From an uncultured Trueperaceae bacterium (GTDB taxonomy: Bacteria; Deinococcota; Deinococci; Deinococcales; Trueperaceae), in assembly GCA_963727505.1 (NCBI GenBank), contig CAVSGP010000009.1:480001-544000 (forward strand): DNA of 64,000 nt, written 5' to 3'. Numbering within the stretch: the first letter of the stretch is position 1; the number at the start of each line of letters is the position of its first letter. The notes under the pieces are model-generated. The model saw only the letters and a program-made list of their open reading frames with translations. It ran no database searches and was not told the origin of the DNA. The position numbers and the translations under genes are program-made. Positions 32,136-41,873 of the stretch are shown here, one piece after another.

Positions 32136-33623
32136 ATGTGTGGCATCGTGGGAAGCTGGGATGCGGGGGACCGCAGGGAACGACTCCGCGAGATCGAGCG
32201 CCGCGTTGAGCTGCTGCGCCATCGCGGGCCCGACGGAACAGGGATGCGCGCCGGCCCCCGCGCCGCGCTCGGCCACGCGCGGCTCGCCATCATGGATCCG
32301 GAGCACGGCGTGCAGCCGCACGTGTCCGAGGACGGTCGGGCCGCGCTCGTCGCCAACGGGGAGATCTACAACCAGCGAATGCTGCGTGAGGACCTCGGCG
32401 GACACCGTTTCGAGAGCCATAGCGACACCGAGGTGGCGTTGCACTTGCTGGAGGACGGTGGGGCCCGAGCGGTCCCGAGCCTCGACGGCATGTTCGCGCT
32501 GGCCTACGACCGTGGTGACGAGCTGCTCCTGGCCCGCGATCCGCTGGGCGTGAAGCCGCTCTACCTCGCGGATGCCGGTGGCGGAGCGGTGCGCTTCGCC
32601 TCGGAGATGAAGGCCCTGCAGGACGCACCAGGGCCCATCCGCGAGGTGCCTCCCGGATGCACCTGGAGCAGTGCCGAGGGGCTCCAACGCTACTACCGCG
32701 TCCCGGACGCCGACGGTGACCTCGCCGACCCCGAGGCAGCCGTCCGAGCCGTGCGCTCCGCTCTCGAACGTGCGGTCCGGAAACGCCTCATGAGCGACGT
32801 GCCGCTCGGCGCCTTCCTCTCCGGTGGACTCGACTCCAGCGCCATCGCGGCCCTGGCGGTGCGCGCGATGGGCGCGTTGCACACCTTCTCGGTCGGCGTC
32901 GAGGGCTCGGAGGATCTGGAGGCCGCCCGCGAGGTAGCCCGGCACCTGGGCACGGTTCACCACGAGCGGGTGTTCCGCGCCGAGGACGTCGAGGCCGGGC
33001 TCGAGCGTCTCCTGTTCTCCCTGGAGAGCTTCGACCGGGACCTGGTCCGCAGTGCCGTGCCGACCTCCTTCACCGCCGAGCTCGCCGCAGAGCACGTCAA
33101 GGTCGTGCTGACCGGCGAGGGTGCGGACGAGCTCTTCGCCGGCTACGCCTACTTGCGGATGCTGTCGGGATCGTCCCTGGCAGGCGAGCTGCGGCGCAGC
33201 CTCGAGGGCATGCACAACCTCAACTTGCAGCGGGTGGACCGGCTCACCATGGCACACGGGCTGGAGGCCCGGGTCCCCTTCCTCGATCCCGAGATGGTTG
33301 CGCTGGCGCAGCGGATCCCACCGGAGCTGAAGCTCGCGGATCGAGGCGGGCGCCGCATCGAGAAGTGGGTGTTGCGCCGGGCGGTGGAGGACCTGCTACC
33401 AGCCAGCGTGGTGTGGCGCGACAAGGCGCAGTTCGACGAGGGCTCGGGCGCCGCCGATCTCCTGGCAGCGCGCGGCAGCGGGGGACCGGCCCCCGCGCGG
33501 CGCCTGGGCGTCCAACCGCGTTCGGTGGAGGAGGCCCGCTACCTCGAGATCTTCGCCTCGCTGTTCGCGCGCCCCGAGGCCATGATCCCCAACGTGGGCC
33601 GCTGGGTATCATCGGCGGCATGA
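32136..33623 (+). CDS. asnB: Asparagine synthase (glutamine-hydrolysing)
   Basis: MCGI N-terminal Cys, HRGPD, NGEIYN, SGGLDSS, TGEGADELFAGY, EARVPFLD. Confidence 0.9.
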   Translation: MCGIVGSWDAGDRRERLREIERRVELLRHRGPDGTGMRAGPRAALGHARLAIMDPEHGVQPHVSEDGRAALVANGEIYNQRMLREDLGGHRFESHSDTEVALHLLEDGGARAVPSLDGMFALAYDRGDELLLARDPLGVKPLYLADAGGGAVRFASEMKALQDAPGPIREVPPGCTWSSAEGLQRYYRVPDADGDLADPEAAVRAVRSALERAVRKRLMSDVPLGAFLSGGLDSSAIAALAVRAMGALHTFSVGVEGSEDLEAAREVARHLGTVHHERVFRAEDVEAGLERLLFSLESFDRDLVRSAVPTSFTAELAAEHVKVVLTGEGADELFAGYAYLRMLSGSSLAGELRRSLEGMHNLNLQRVDRLTMAHGLEARVPFLDPEMVALAQRIPPELKLADRGGRRIEKWVLRRAVEDLLPASVVWRDKAQFDEGSGAADLLAARGSGGPAPARRLGVQPRSVEEARYLEIFASLFARPEAMIPNVGRWVSSAA

Positions 33624-34363
33624 CCGACCTGCTTCTGATCGTCCCCCATCCCGACGACGAGGTCTTCGGCTGCGGCGCGCTCTTCGCCCGCATGGCCGCG
33701 CACGGACGCAGCGTCGCCACCCTGACGCTGACACGCGGGAGGGCCGGGCGGTCGCTGGAGCTGTGCGCCCGCGAGGACCTCCCCGAGGTGCGCGAAGCGG
33801 AGCTCCGAGCGTCGCTGGCGGCGTTGGGGGTCGAGGACGTCACCGTTTTCGACTACCCCGACTTCGTCCCCGACGCCGATCGCGGCATCCCGCCACATCC
33901 GGGGCTGCAGTCGCTCGATCAGGACGAGATCGTGTCCCGCGTGGCGCAGGTGATCGAACGTACTCGTCCGCGAGCGGTCCTGACGTTCCCTCCCAACGGC
34001 AGCAACGGTCACCCGGATCACGTGACCGCGCACCGGCTGACGTGGAGGGCCATCGATGCCGCGCCCGTCTCGGTCGGGCAGGTGTACTACTTCGCAAGCG
34101 ACCGCGCCTACGACGGCCCGGCGCGCCCCGGATTTCTCGATCCGGACGTCATCCGTGCCGGCCACCTGGGGCCGACGCATGTGGTCGAGGCGGGGGCCTT
34201 CCTGGAACCCAAGCTGCGCGCCATGGCCCAGCACCGCACGCAGGCGCTGTCGGTGCTCAACTTCATCGCGCGATTCACCCGGCGCCTGTCGGTCGAGGGA
34301 TTCCACCGCGCCCGTCCCGAGGTCGCCGAGGGCGAGGGCCCGCGTACGGTGCCCTGGCTCTGA
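33620..34363 (+). CDS. PIG-L family deacetylase (BshB/MshB-like)
   Basis: PHPDDE, TRG.AG, REAEL, GHPDH, HRTQ. Confidence 0.88.
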   Translation: MTDLLLIVPHPDDEVFGCGALFARMAAHGRSVATLTLTRGRAGRSLELCAREDLPEVREAELRASLAALGVEDVTVFDYPDFVPDADRGIPPHPGLQSLDQDEIVSRVAQVIERTRPRAVLTFPPNGSNGHPDHVTAHRLTWRAIDAAPVSVGQVYYFASDRAYDGPARPGFLDPDVIRAGHLGPTHVVEAGAFLEPKLRAMAQHRTQALSVLNFIARFTRRLSVEGFHRARPEVAEGEGPRTVPWL

Positions 34364-34488
34364 TCCTGCGACGCTGGCCCCGTGTCTCTGATCTGGCGGC
34401 TCTGATCCCGCGGCTCGGCCCCCAACGGAGCGGCCGCTGTGCGGTGTTTATCATCGCCCAGCACGCAAGCCCGTGGTAGCGTGAAATC

Positions 34489-35904
34489 GTGATGTTTCGC
34501 AGGTCGCGTTCGGTCGACCTCGAGCCCGCGCAACGGGCGCTGGCCGAGGGACAGTACGACGTGGCCTTCGCTCTGCTGGAGGATGCCGCGCGGCGACCCT
34601 CCGGGCGGGGGGCGCAGGGACAGTTCTGGCTGCATTTGGCAGCGGTCTACGCCCTCTACGCCGAGGAGGGCGTTGAAAACGGCATGCCGGCGCTCCGGCA
34701 GGCCGTCGCAGTCGACCCGAACCTGGCAGAACACCCGCTCTACCGCGCACTCTACTGGGAGTTTGCCGCCTACCGTGGAGGATCGGTGGGGGACGTCAAG
34801 CGCGGCGTGCGTCAGGTGCCTTCGGACGCCGATCCGGTGGCCGGCTACCATGCGGCCAGCGCCTTGCTCGGCGCCGGAGCGCCCAAGAGCGCCGCCAAGC
34901 GCCTTGCACAGCTCGACGACGACACCCTTCCGGCCTATCTGGTGTGGCGGCGCTGGTCGCTGACCGGCCAGTGCCGGGAGGCGCTGGGCGATTGGACGGG
35001 CGCGGCCTATGCCTTCGCCCGCGCCGTCGACCTGGCGCCGGAGGCCGAGCGCGAGCCCGAACGCCTCAGTCTGGCCGGCGCCCTGCTGGAGCTGGGGCAA
35101 GCGCAGGAAGCCCTGCGCGAGTTGGAGCGCGTCGACGAGACCGTGCTGCGCGGTGAGGAGCGCGGGGTGCAGCGCTACCTGGCGGGCCGCGCACAGCTGG
35201 ATAGCGGCAACCCCAATCGCGCGCTTGCCCTGCTACACGAAGCGCGTGCTCTGGACGGCGACGGGACGCCGGACCCCATCCAGGCCTTCCAGACCGCCCT
35301 GGGGCTGGCGCAGGCGCTGGTTGCGCTCAACCGCTACCCGGAGGCCAACCGTGCCTTCGGTGAGGCCCTCGAGGCGGCCCCGGCCGAGGACCGCCCCTAC
35401 GTACAGCATGAGGCCGCGTACGCACTCATCGAGAGTGAGGAGCTCACCGAGGCCGAGGAGATGCTTGGCGAGGTGGTGAGCGACCCCACCTACCCCCACC
35501 GCGCCGAGGCGCTGGCAGACCTGGCTGACATCCGCCTGAAGATGGGGGAGTTCGACACCGCCGAGCTGCTCGCCCGTCAGGCCCTCGAGATGGGGGCGAC
35601 GGCGGCCGCCTGCCTGTGCCTGGGTAATGTCGCGTACGAGTACTTCCGGCTCGACGACGCCATCAGCTGGTTCGAGCAGGCGGTTAGCGCCAGTCAACCC
35701 GGCGATCCCGTCTGGGTAGGTGCGCAACAGCTCCTCGCCGATGCCTGCGCCTGGCGAGGCGACGGCATGGCCGAGCGAGTACTCACCCATGCGCGTCTGG
35801 CCCTCGAACACACCGATTCCAGCAGCGAATGGTACCTCCCGCTGCGCCGGCATCTGCAGGCCGCCCAGGCGGCACTGGGTGGCAACGACCGGCTGCTCAA
35901 CTGA
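34489..35904 (+). CDS. Tetratricopeptide-repeat protein
   Basis: Repeated helical TPR-like units (e.g. GQCREALGDWTGAAYAFARAVDLAP). Confidence 0.8.
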   Translation: MMFRRSRSVDLEPAQRALAEGQYDVAFALLEDAARRPSGRGAQGQFWLHLAAVYALYAEEGVENGMPALRQAVAVDPNLAEHPLYRALYWEFAAYRGGSVGDVKRGVRQVPSDADPVAGYHAASALLGAGAPKSAAKRLAQLDDDTLPAYLVWRRWSLTGQCREALGDWTGAAYAFARAVDLAPEAEREPERLSLAGALLELGQAQEALRELERVDETVLRGEERGVQRYLAGRAQLDSGNPNRALALLHEARALDGDGTPDPIQAFQTALGLAQALVALNRYPEANRAFGEALEAAPAEDRPYVQHEAAYALIESEELTEAEEMLGEVVSDPTYPHRAEALADLADIRLKMGEFDTAELLARQALEMGATAAACLCLGNVAYEYFRLDDAISWFEQAVSASQPGDPVWVGAQQLLADACAWRGDGMAERVLTHARLALEHTDSSSEWYLPLRRHLQAAQAALGGNDRLLN

Positions 35905-35925
35905 AGCGGCGGGCGACGCGCAGCC

Positions 35926-37557
35926 GTGGAGGGACTGCTGCTGGCCGAGGCGCTGAGCCCGCTCGAAGGGCGTTTGCCGCTGCCGCGGGGAGCGTGGCGC
36001 TTCCCCGACGAGCGCACGGCGGTACTGCCGTTCAAGGGCGGCGATGAAGCGCTCCCGGCTGCTCTGTGGATCTTCAGCCGCCCCCCCACCCCGAGCCTGG
36101 CGTTGCGCTCGGAGATCCCCGCCGGCGCGCCCCGTACCCCGTTCCAGGAGCAGCTGACGGCGCGCGCAGCGGGAGCGCTGGCCGGCGTGCGACAACAGGG
36201 TCTCGACCGGGTGGTGGAACTCACCTTCGCTGCCACCGAGGGCTTCGTACCCCAGCCGCCGGTGACGCTGGTGGTGGAGCTCACGGGCCGAAACGCCAAC
36301 CTCGTGCTGTTGAGCGAGGAGCGCACCATCCTCGGAGTCGAGCGCATGGTACTGGCCGAGCGAAATCGCTACCGGGAACTGAAGCCGGGCCTGGCGTACC
36401 GGCCGCCGCCCCCGTACGACAAGCTCGACCCCCGCGGCGCTACGGAGGCGGACCTGCGCGAAGCGCTTCGCGACATCCGGCTGCGGGACGTGAAGGGGCG
36501 CCTCGACGGGTTCGGCCCGCGGCTCACCGCGGCCCTGGCGGCAGGTTGCGGGGTGGAGCAGGGCGAACGTCTGGAGGGGGACACCCTGAACCGCGTCGTG
36601 GCTGACGTGCGGGATCTGGCCGGGGACCCGTCGGCCTGGCTGCACCGGGCGGGGGGTTCGTCGGAGCTGGCGGCCGAGCGACGTCGGGACCGTCGGGAAC
36701 GGGCGATGGCCGTCGTTCGGGAGGCGTCGCGGCGCCGTCTGGAGCTGACCCGGCGGCGGCTCGACGACGCCGAGCGCGCCGAAGAACGGGCGGCGGAAGC
36801 CGAGGCGGTCCGCACGGAGGCCGACCTGCTCAGCGCCTACGGCGCAGGCGTGCCGGAGGGCGCGTCGCGTGTGACGCTGGAGGGTTTCGACGGTACCCAG
36901 CGCGAGCTCGCGCTCGACCCGAGCCTGGACGCCTTCGCGAATGCCCGCAAGCGCTATCAACGAGCCCGCCGCATCGAGGAGCGTGCCGAACGCGCGCGAC
37001 GCGAACGTCCGCGCCTCGACAGGGAACGGAAGCAGGCCGAGGCGGACCTCGTCGGGCTGGACGACCTGGCGGACGCGGCGCTCGTGCGGCGTGCCGACCA
37101 GCTCGGCGACGAGCACCGCAAGCGGCAGCGCGGCGCCGGGCCGGGCGTGCGTTTCCGGGATCCACACGGTTTCGAGGTGGTGGTCGGCCGCAACGCCCGC
37201 GAGAACGACGCCGTGACCTTCCGGGTCGCACGCAGCCGCGACCTGTGGCTGCACGTGCAGGGGTTCACGGGTTCCCACGTGGTGGTGCGCTCCGGAGGGC
37301 GTGAGCTGCCGTTCGAAACGGTGCTCTTCGCCGCCCGTCTGGCGGCCGGGTTCTCGCCCGCACGCCAATCCGACAACGTGCCCGTGGACTACACCCTGCG
37401 CAAGAACGTCTGGAAGGTCAAGGGCCAGCCTCCGGGCACGGTCCACTTCAGCCAGCAGAAGACCGTCTACGTCACGCCGACCCGCGGCGCCGCCGCAGCC
37501 TCCGGTGAGGCGGACAGGGGCCGCTCCGGCGGTAGCGAGAACCCGCCAGCCTCCTAG
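35926..37557 (+). CDS. rqcH: Rqc2/RqcH (NFACT) ribosome quality-control protein
   Basis: GLDRVVEL, ELTGRNANL, YRPPP, coiled coil, VGRNAREND, WLHVQGFTGSHV. Confidence 0.85.
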   Translation: MEGLLLAEALSPLEGRLPLPRGAWRFPDERTAVLPFKGGDEALPAALWIFSRPPTPSLALRSEIPAGAPRTPFQEQLTARAAGALAGVRQQGLDRVVELTFAATEGFVPQPPVTLVVELTGRNANLVLLSEERTILGVERMVLAERNRYRELKPGLAYRPPPPYDKLDPRGATEADLREALRDIRLRDVKGRLDGFGPRLTAALAAGCGVEQGERLEGDTLNRVVADVRDLAGDPSAWLHRAGGSSELAAERRRDRRERAMAVVREASRRRLELTRRRLDDAERAEERAAEAEAVRTEADLLSAYGAGVPEGASRVTLEGFDGTQRELALDPSLDAFANARKRYQRARRIEERAERARRERPRLDRERKQAEADLVGLDDLADAALVRRADQLGDEHRKRQRGAGPGVRFRDPHGFEVVVGRNARENDAVTFRVARSRDLWLHVQGFTGSHVVVRSGGRELPFETVLFAARLAAGFSPARQSDNVPVDYTLRKNVWKVKGQPPGTVHFSQQKTVYVTPTRGAAAASGEADRGRSGGSENPPAS

Positions 37558-37642
37558 GCGCGCGCATCTGGGAGACAGAACGCTCTACTCCGCGTCGTTT
37601 GTCGCCATCCGGCCAGGCGGGCGGGCCGGTAGACTGTGCGCC

Positions 37643-38833
37643 ATGCCCGCGCCCGCCCGACGTCCCCTGCTCGCTTCGGCGGGCATCCCCCTGCTGCTCA
37701 TCGCCGTCCACGCCACCAACGACGCCTTCTCGGCCATGCTGGCCGCGCTCCTGCCCACCCTGCAGGCCCGCTTCCACCTGACGGAGGCCATGCTGGCCGT
37801 GTTCGTGGCCACGCTATCGTTCAGCTCGGCGATGACGCAGCCGCTGTTCGGCGCGGTCGCCGACCGCGTCGGGCGCCGCACCATGGCGGCGCTGGGCATC
37901 GTCACCAGCACGGTGCTGCTCAGCCTCGTCGCGGTGGCACCGAGTCCGATCGCGCTGTTCCTTCTGCTGCTGCTGGGGGGCCTCGGCTCGGCGGCGTTCC
38001 ATCCCGCCGGGACCAGCCTCATGCGCATCCTCGGGGAGCGTTTCAAGGAGCTGGCGGTGGCCGTCTTCAGCAGCGGCGGGACGCTCGGGATGGCCTTCGG
38101 TCCGGTCGTCATCCTGCTCATGGCACGTACCGTCGGCCTGCGCTTCTCGCCGCTGCTGATGATCCCCGGCCTCGTGCTCGGGGTGCTCCTGCTCACCGTG
38201 CTGCCGCGCGTCGACGGCGTGAGACAGGCCCGACGGATCACGTTCCTCGACCCGAAGCTGGTCAGGAGCGCGGTGGGGGTGCTGAGTCTGGTCGGCATCC
38301 TGCGGAGCCTGGCCTTCGTGAGCTTCAACAACGCCATGCCGCTGTGGCTGGCCCATGTGCGGGGCTTCGCGCCGGACGCGCCGGTGATCTCCTGGACGTT
38401 GGCGGCCTTCGCCCTTTCCGGCGGGCTCGGCGGCATCGTGGCGGGAGCGCTGTCGGCGCGCTTGCCACGGAGGTCGTTGATCGTCGCCAGCATGCTGGTG
38501 GCGCTGCCCGCCCTGCTGGCCGTCCTGGTCGTGGCGCCCGGTAGCCCCGGGTACTTCCTGCTCGTGATCCTGGCCGGCGCCAGCGCCAACGCCTCGGTGC
38601 CGTTGCTCATCGTCAGCGCCCAGGACCTGGCGCCCGGATCGATGGGAGCCGCCACCGGCATGTTGATGGGTTTCACCTGGGGGACCGCCGGCGTGCTCTA
38701 CATGCTGGAGGGGGTGCTCCAGCAGTTCCTGGGGCTCACCCCTGCGATGATCATCGCCTTCCTGGGGTTGGTGCCGGCCGCTCTGCTCGCTTTCGCCGTT
38801 CTGTCGCGCCACCGCGACGTGGTGGTCGCCTGA
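37643..38833 (+). CDS. MFS transporter (Fsr-like)
   Basis: HATND, QPLFGAVADRVGRR, AAFHP; ~12 TM; TAGACT lies 7 nt before the ATG. Confidence 0.88.
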   Translation: MPAPARRPLLASAGIPLLLIAVHATNDAFSAMLAALLPTLQARFHLTEAMLAVFVATLSFSSAMTQPLFGAVADRVGRRTMAALGIVTSTVLLSLVAVAPSPIALFLLLLLGGLGSAAFHPAGTSLMRILGERFKELAVAVFSSGGTLGMAFGPVVILLMARTVGLRFSPLLMIPGLVLGVLLLTVLPRVDGVRQARRITFLDPKLVRSAVGVLSLVGILRSLAFVSFNNAMPLWLAHVRGFAPDAPVISWTLAAFALSGGLGGIVAGALSARLPRRSLIVASMLVALPALLAVLVVAPGSPGYFLLVILAGASANASVPLLIVSAQDLAPGSMGAATGMLMGFTWGTAGVLYMLEGVLQQFLGLTPAMIIAFLGLVPAALLAFAVLSRHRDVVVA

Positions 38834-38845
38834 GCGCGCGCCTGC

Positions 38846-39766
38846 TCAGGCGCGCCCCCCCGACTGGAACAGCTCGATACGATCGCGCACCAGCGCGCGC
38901 ATCTCGTCGCGTGCGGGCCCCAGGATCTTACGCGGGTCGAACTCGCCCGGCCGGTCGCGCAGGATCTCCCGCACACGGGCGGTGAACGCCAGGCGCAGGT
39001 CGGTATCGGTATTGATCTTGGCGATGCCCTCGGTGACCGCCTGCCGGATGTCGTCGGGGTGGATGCCGCTGGCGTCGGCGAGGGAGCCTCCCGCGGCGTT
39101 GAAGCGCTCCACCAGCGGCGCGGGCACGCCGCTGGCGCCATGCATCACCAGCGGCTGCGGGATACGCTGTGCGATCTCGCGGATCCGCTCGTGATCGATG
39201 TAGGGGCGCCCCTTGCCCTTGCTCGCGCCGTGGGAGGTGCCGATGGCGATCGCCAGGTAGTCGGCGCCGGTGGCGTTCACGAAGCGCTCGGCCTCGTCTG
39301 GCTGCGTGAGGAAGGCGTCCTCGGCGCTCACGACCACGTGCTCCTCGACGCCGCCCAGCCGACCGATCTCGGCCTCCACGGTTACCCCGACCGCGTGGGC
39401 GGCCTCGACCACCCGGGAGGTCTCGGCGATGTTGGTGGCCTCCGCCTCGTGCGACATGTCGATCATGACGGAGGTGAAGCCGGCCCGGATGGCGCGAAGG
39501 CAGGACCCGTAGGACGAGCCGTGGTCGAGGTGGAGCGCGACCGGGATGCTGGCCTGGCCGGCCATCGTGGTGACCAGATCGACCAGGGCGCGCCCCCCGT
39601 AGGACAGTCCGCCCTCTGAGAGGGCGACCAGGACAGGGCTGTGTGCCTCCTCGGCCGCCTCCAGGATCGCCTGGGTGATCTCCATGTCGTTGGTGTTGAA
39701 GGCGCCGACGCCGTAACCGTGCTCGCGTGCGGCAGCGAGGATCTCGAGTCCAGTGACCAAAGGCAT
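38846..39766 (-). CDS. fba: Class II fructose-1,6-bisphosphate aldolase
   Basis: GAFN, ALHLDHG, VEAEIG, GTSHG, VMHGASG, KINTDT. Confidence 0.95.
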   Translation of the reverse strand: MPLVTGLEILAAAREHGYGVGAFNTNDMEITQAILEAAEEAHSPVLVALSEGGLSYGGRALVDLVTTMAGQASIPVALHLDHGSSYGSCLRAIRAGFTSVMIDMSHEAEATNIAETSRVVEAAHAVGVTVEAEIGRLGGVEEHVVVSAEDAFLTQPDEAERFVNATGADYLAIAIGTSHGASKGKGRPYIDHERIREIAQRIPQPLVMHGASGVPAPLVERFNAAGGSLADASGIHPDDIRQAVTEGIAKINTDTDLRLAFTARVREILRDRPGEFDPRKILGPARDEMRALVRDRIELFQSGGRA

Positions 39767-39823
39767 GGCCGGAGTATACCTCGATGGGGTGCAGGGCCCG
39801 TCCAGGACGGTGATCGAGAGGGT

Positions 39824-40198
39824 CTATCCGTGGTCGGGCGGTGGTGGGTCGTCCCCGTTGCGCTCGGCCCCGGACGTCTCGTCGTTCCCGCTTCTCGCTT
39901 CGGTGCCCGGGTCGCTGCCCGCCGCGCTGCCGCGCTCCGGGGGAACGGGTGCGGTGCGACCGCTGACCACGCCGCCGAGCGCCGCCAGCACGACCGCCGG
40001 CAGGATGGTAGCGACGTTGCGGTTCGACACGATGAGCAGGCCGATCAGGAGTAGCAACGACGAGCCCCAGCGACCGGCCATGCGTCGGCCACGCCCCATC
40101 GTCGGGTCGGGACGGAACGCCAGCAGGTGGCCGGTGAGGAAGGCCAGGCCCAACACGATGAAGTAGCCCCACAGGGGGACGGCGCTCAGGAAGCTCAC
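39824..40198 (-). CDS. Small hypothetical membrane protein
   Basis: GTG start overlaps the mqnB stop (GTGA); three hydrophobic segments. Confidence 0.65.
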   Translation of the reverse strand: MSFLSAVPLWGYFIVLGLAFLTGHLLAFRPDPTMGRGRRMAGRWGSSLLLLIGLLIVSNRNVATILPAVVLAALGGVVSGRTAPVPPERGSAAGSDPGTEARSGNDETSGAERNGDDPPPPDHG

Positions 40199-40908
40199 GC
40201 CACCGCCCCCAGCGAGGGGAGCGCCACCAGCAGCGCCTCGGTCGATGCGCGGACGGCGCGCGGAACGTCCCAGGCGCGCCGGTCGCGCTCGCCGACGATG
40301 TTGCTCACGCCACGAAGCTCGGCGAAGGGCACGCCCAGCGCCAGACACACCTGGGCGGCCGCCGCGCCCTCCATCGACTCGATGGCGACGTCGAAGCGGC
40401 GCTGCAGGTGCTCGGCGGCGTCGAGCGTGGCACTGACGCGCTCGGAGGTAGCGAAGCGCAGCAACGGTGCTCGCGAGGGTGCGGCAAGTCGTTCGCTGAG
40501 CGCGGCGTCGGTGGGCATCTCGTTGAAGCGTGGGGGAGGCCCTTCGAGCAGCGGGAAGCCCAGGCTCTCCATCGACTGCCAGGCGTCCCCCTCGCCGGCG
40601 CCGCAGTCGACATGCACGTCGATCGTCGCTACCGCGACCATGCCGATGCTCAGGAAGCTCCCCACGAACGCGCCACCGATGCCGACCTGCACCACGGCGC
40701 GCGGTCGCCAGCGCTCGACCGCCAGCGCGAGGCCGGCGGCGGTGTTGGCCTTACCGACGCCCGCAACCGCCACCACGAGCTCGCTGTCGTGCAGGCGTCC
40801 TTGCCAGGCAGGCCCCCATGCGAACGGCGCGCTCGCGCCGTCGATCGCGTCGACGAGGGACTGGGCCTCCAGCACCGTGGCGCTGATCAGCAGGATCGGT
40901 GCGCTCAT
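40195..40908 (-). CDS. mqnB: Futalosine hydrolase
   Basis: PNP/MTAN fold: GVGKANTAA, GIGGAF, ESMEGAAAAQV, ELRGVSNIVGERDR..W. Confidence 0.85.
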   Translation of the reverse strand: MSAPILLISATVLEAQSLVDAIDGASAPFAWGPAWQGRLHDSELVVAVAGVGKANTAAGLALAVERWRPRAVVQVGIGGAFVGSFLSIGMVAVATIDVHVDCGAGEGDAWQSMESLGFPLLEGPPPRFNEMPTDAALSERLAAPSRAPLLRFATSERVSATLDAAEHLQRRFDVAIESMEGAAAAQVCLALGVPFAELRGVSNIVGERDRRAWDVPRAVRASTEALLVALPSLGAVA

Positions 40909-40940
40909 GGCTACCTCCGAGGGTGTGCTGGGGACGGGGA

Positions 40941-41873
40941 TCAGGCGGCCTTCGCCGGCATGTCGAGCAGCGCACGCACGAAGGCGGCCGCGTCGTAGGG
41001 CTGCAGGTCCTCGGCACGCTCGCCCACCCCGACGAACTTGATGGGGAGGCCGAGCTCGCGGGAGATTCTCAGCAGGATGCCTCCCTTGCCGGTGCCGTCG
41101 AGCTTGGTGACGATCACGCCGGTGACCCCCACCGCTTCATGGAACTTGCGGGCCTGCTCGAGGCCGTTCTGACCCGTCACCGCGTCCAGCACCAGCCACA
41201 CCTCGCTGGGTTCGCCGGGATCGGCCTTGCCGATGACGCGCTTGACCTTGCGGAGCTCCTCCATGAGGTTGTGCTGGGTGTGGAGGCGTCCCGCGGTGTC
41301 GACGAAAAGCAGGTCCAAGCCGCGCGCTGCGCGCGACTGCGCGGCGTCGAAGGCCACCGCACCCGGATCGCTGCCATCCGGCCCGGTCACCGTGGGGATG
41401 TCCAGGCGCTCGCCCCACACCGCGAGCTGGGCGCTGCCCGCGGCCCGGAAGGTGTCACCGGCAGCGAACATGATCGACCGGCCGTACCCCTGGTAGTACT
41501 GGCCGAGCTTGGCGATGGTGGTGGTCTTGCCGACGCCGTTGACGCCGACCATCATCACCACCGAGCCGCGCGCCTCGACGGCGTTGCGCTTCACGTCCAG
41601 GTCGAAGCCTACCCGGCGCAGCTTCTGGCGCAAACGGTCGGGCTCGAGCTGATCCATCAGCGCCTTCTCCAGGGCCTCCCGGAAGGGCGTCCCGCGGTCG
41701 CGTTCGGCGCGTGCATCCGCCACCACCTCGGCAGAGAGCTTGGCCCCGACGTCGGCGCCGATGAGTGCGAACTCGAGGTCGTCCCAATCCATCTCCCAGT
41801 TCGCGCCGGCGTCGGCGGTGAGCACGTCACGGGTGCGGGAGAGCCCCTGGCGCAACCGGTCGAACCAGCTCAT
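40941..41873 (-). CDS. ftsY: SRP receptor FtsY
   Basis: MSWFDRLRQGL, GVNGVGKTTT, DTFRAA, DTAGR, TKLDGTGKGG. Confidence 0.96.
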   Translation of the reverse strand: MSWFDRLRQGLSRTRDVLTADAGANWEMDWDDLEFALIGADVGAKLSAEVVADARAERDRGTPFREALEKALMDQLEPDRLRQKLRRVGFDLDVKRNAVEARGSVVMMVGVNGVGKTTTIAKLGQYYQGYGRSIMFAAGDTFRAAGSAQLAVWGERLDIPTVTGPDGSDPGAVAFDAAQSRAARGLDLLFVDTAGRLHTQHNLMEELRKVKRVIGKADPGEPSEVWLVLDAVTGQNGLEQARKFHEAVGVTGVIVTKLDGTGKGGILLRISRELGLPIKFVGVGERAEDLQPYDAAAFVRALLDMPAKAA

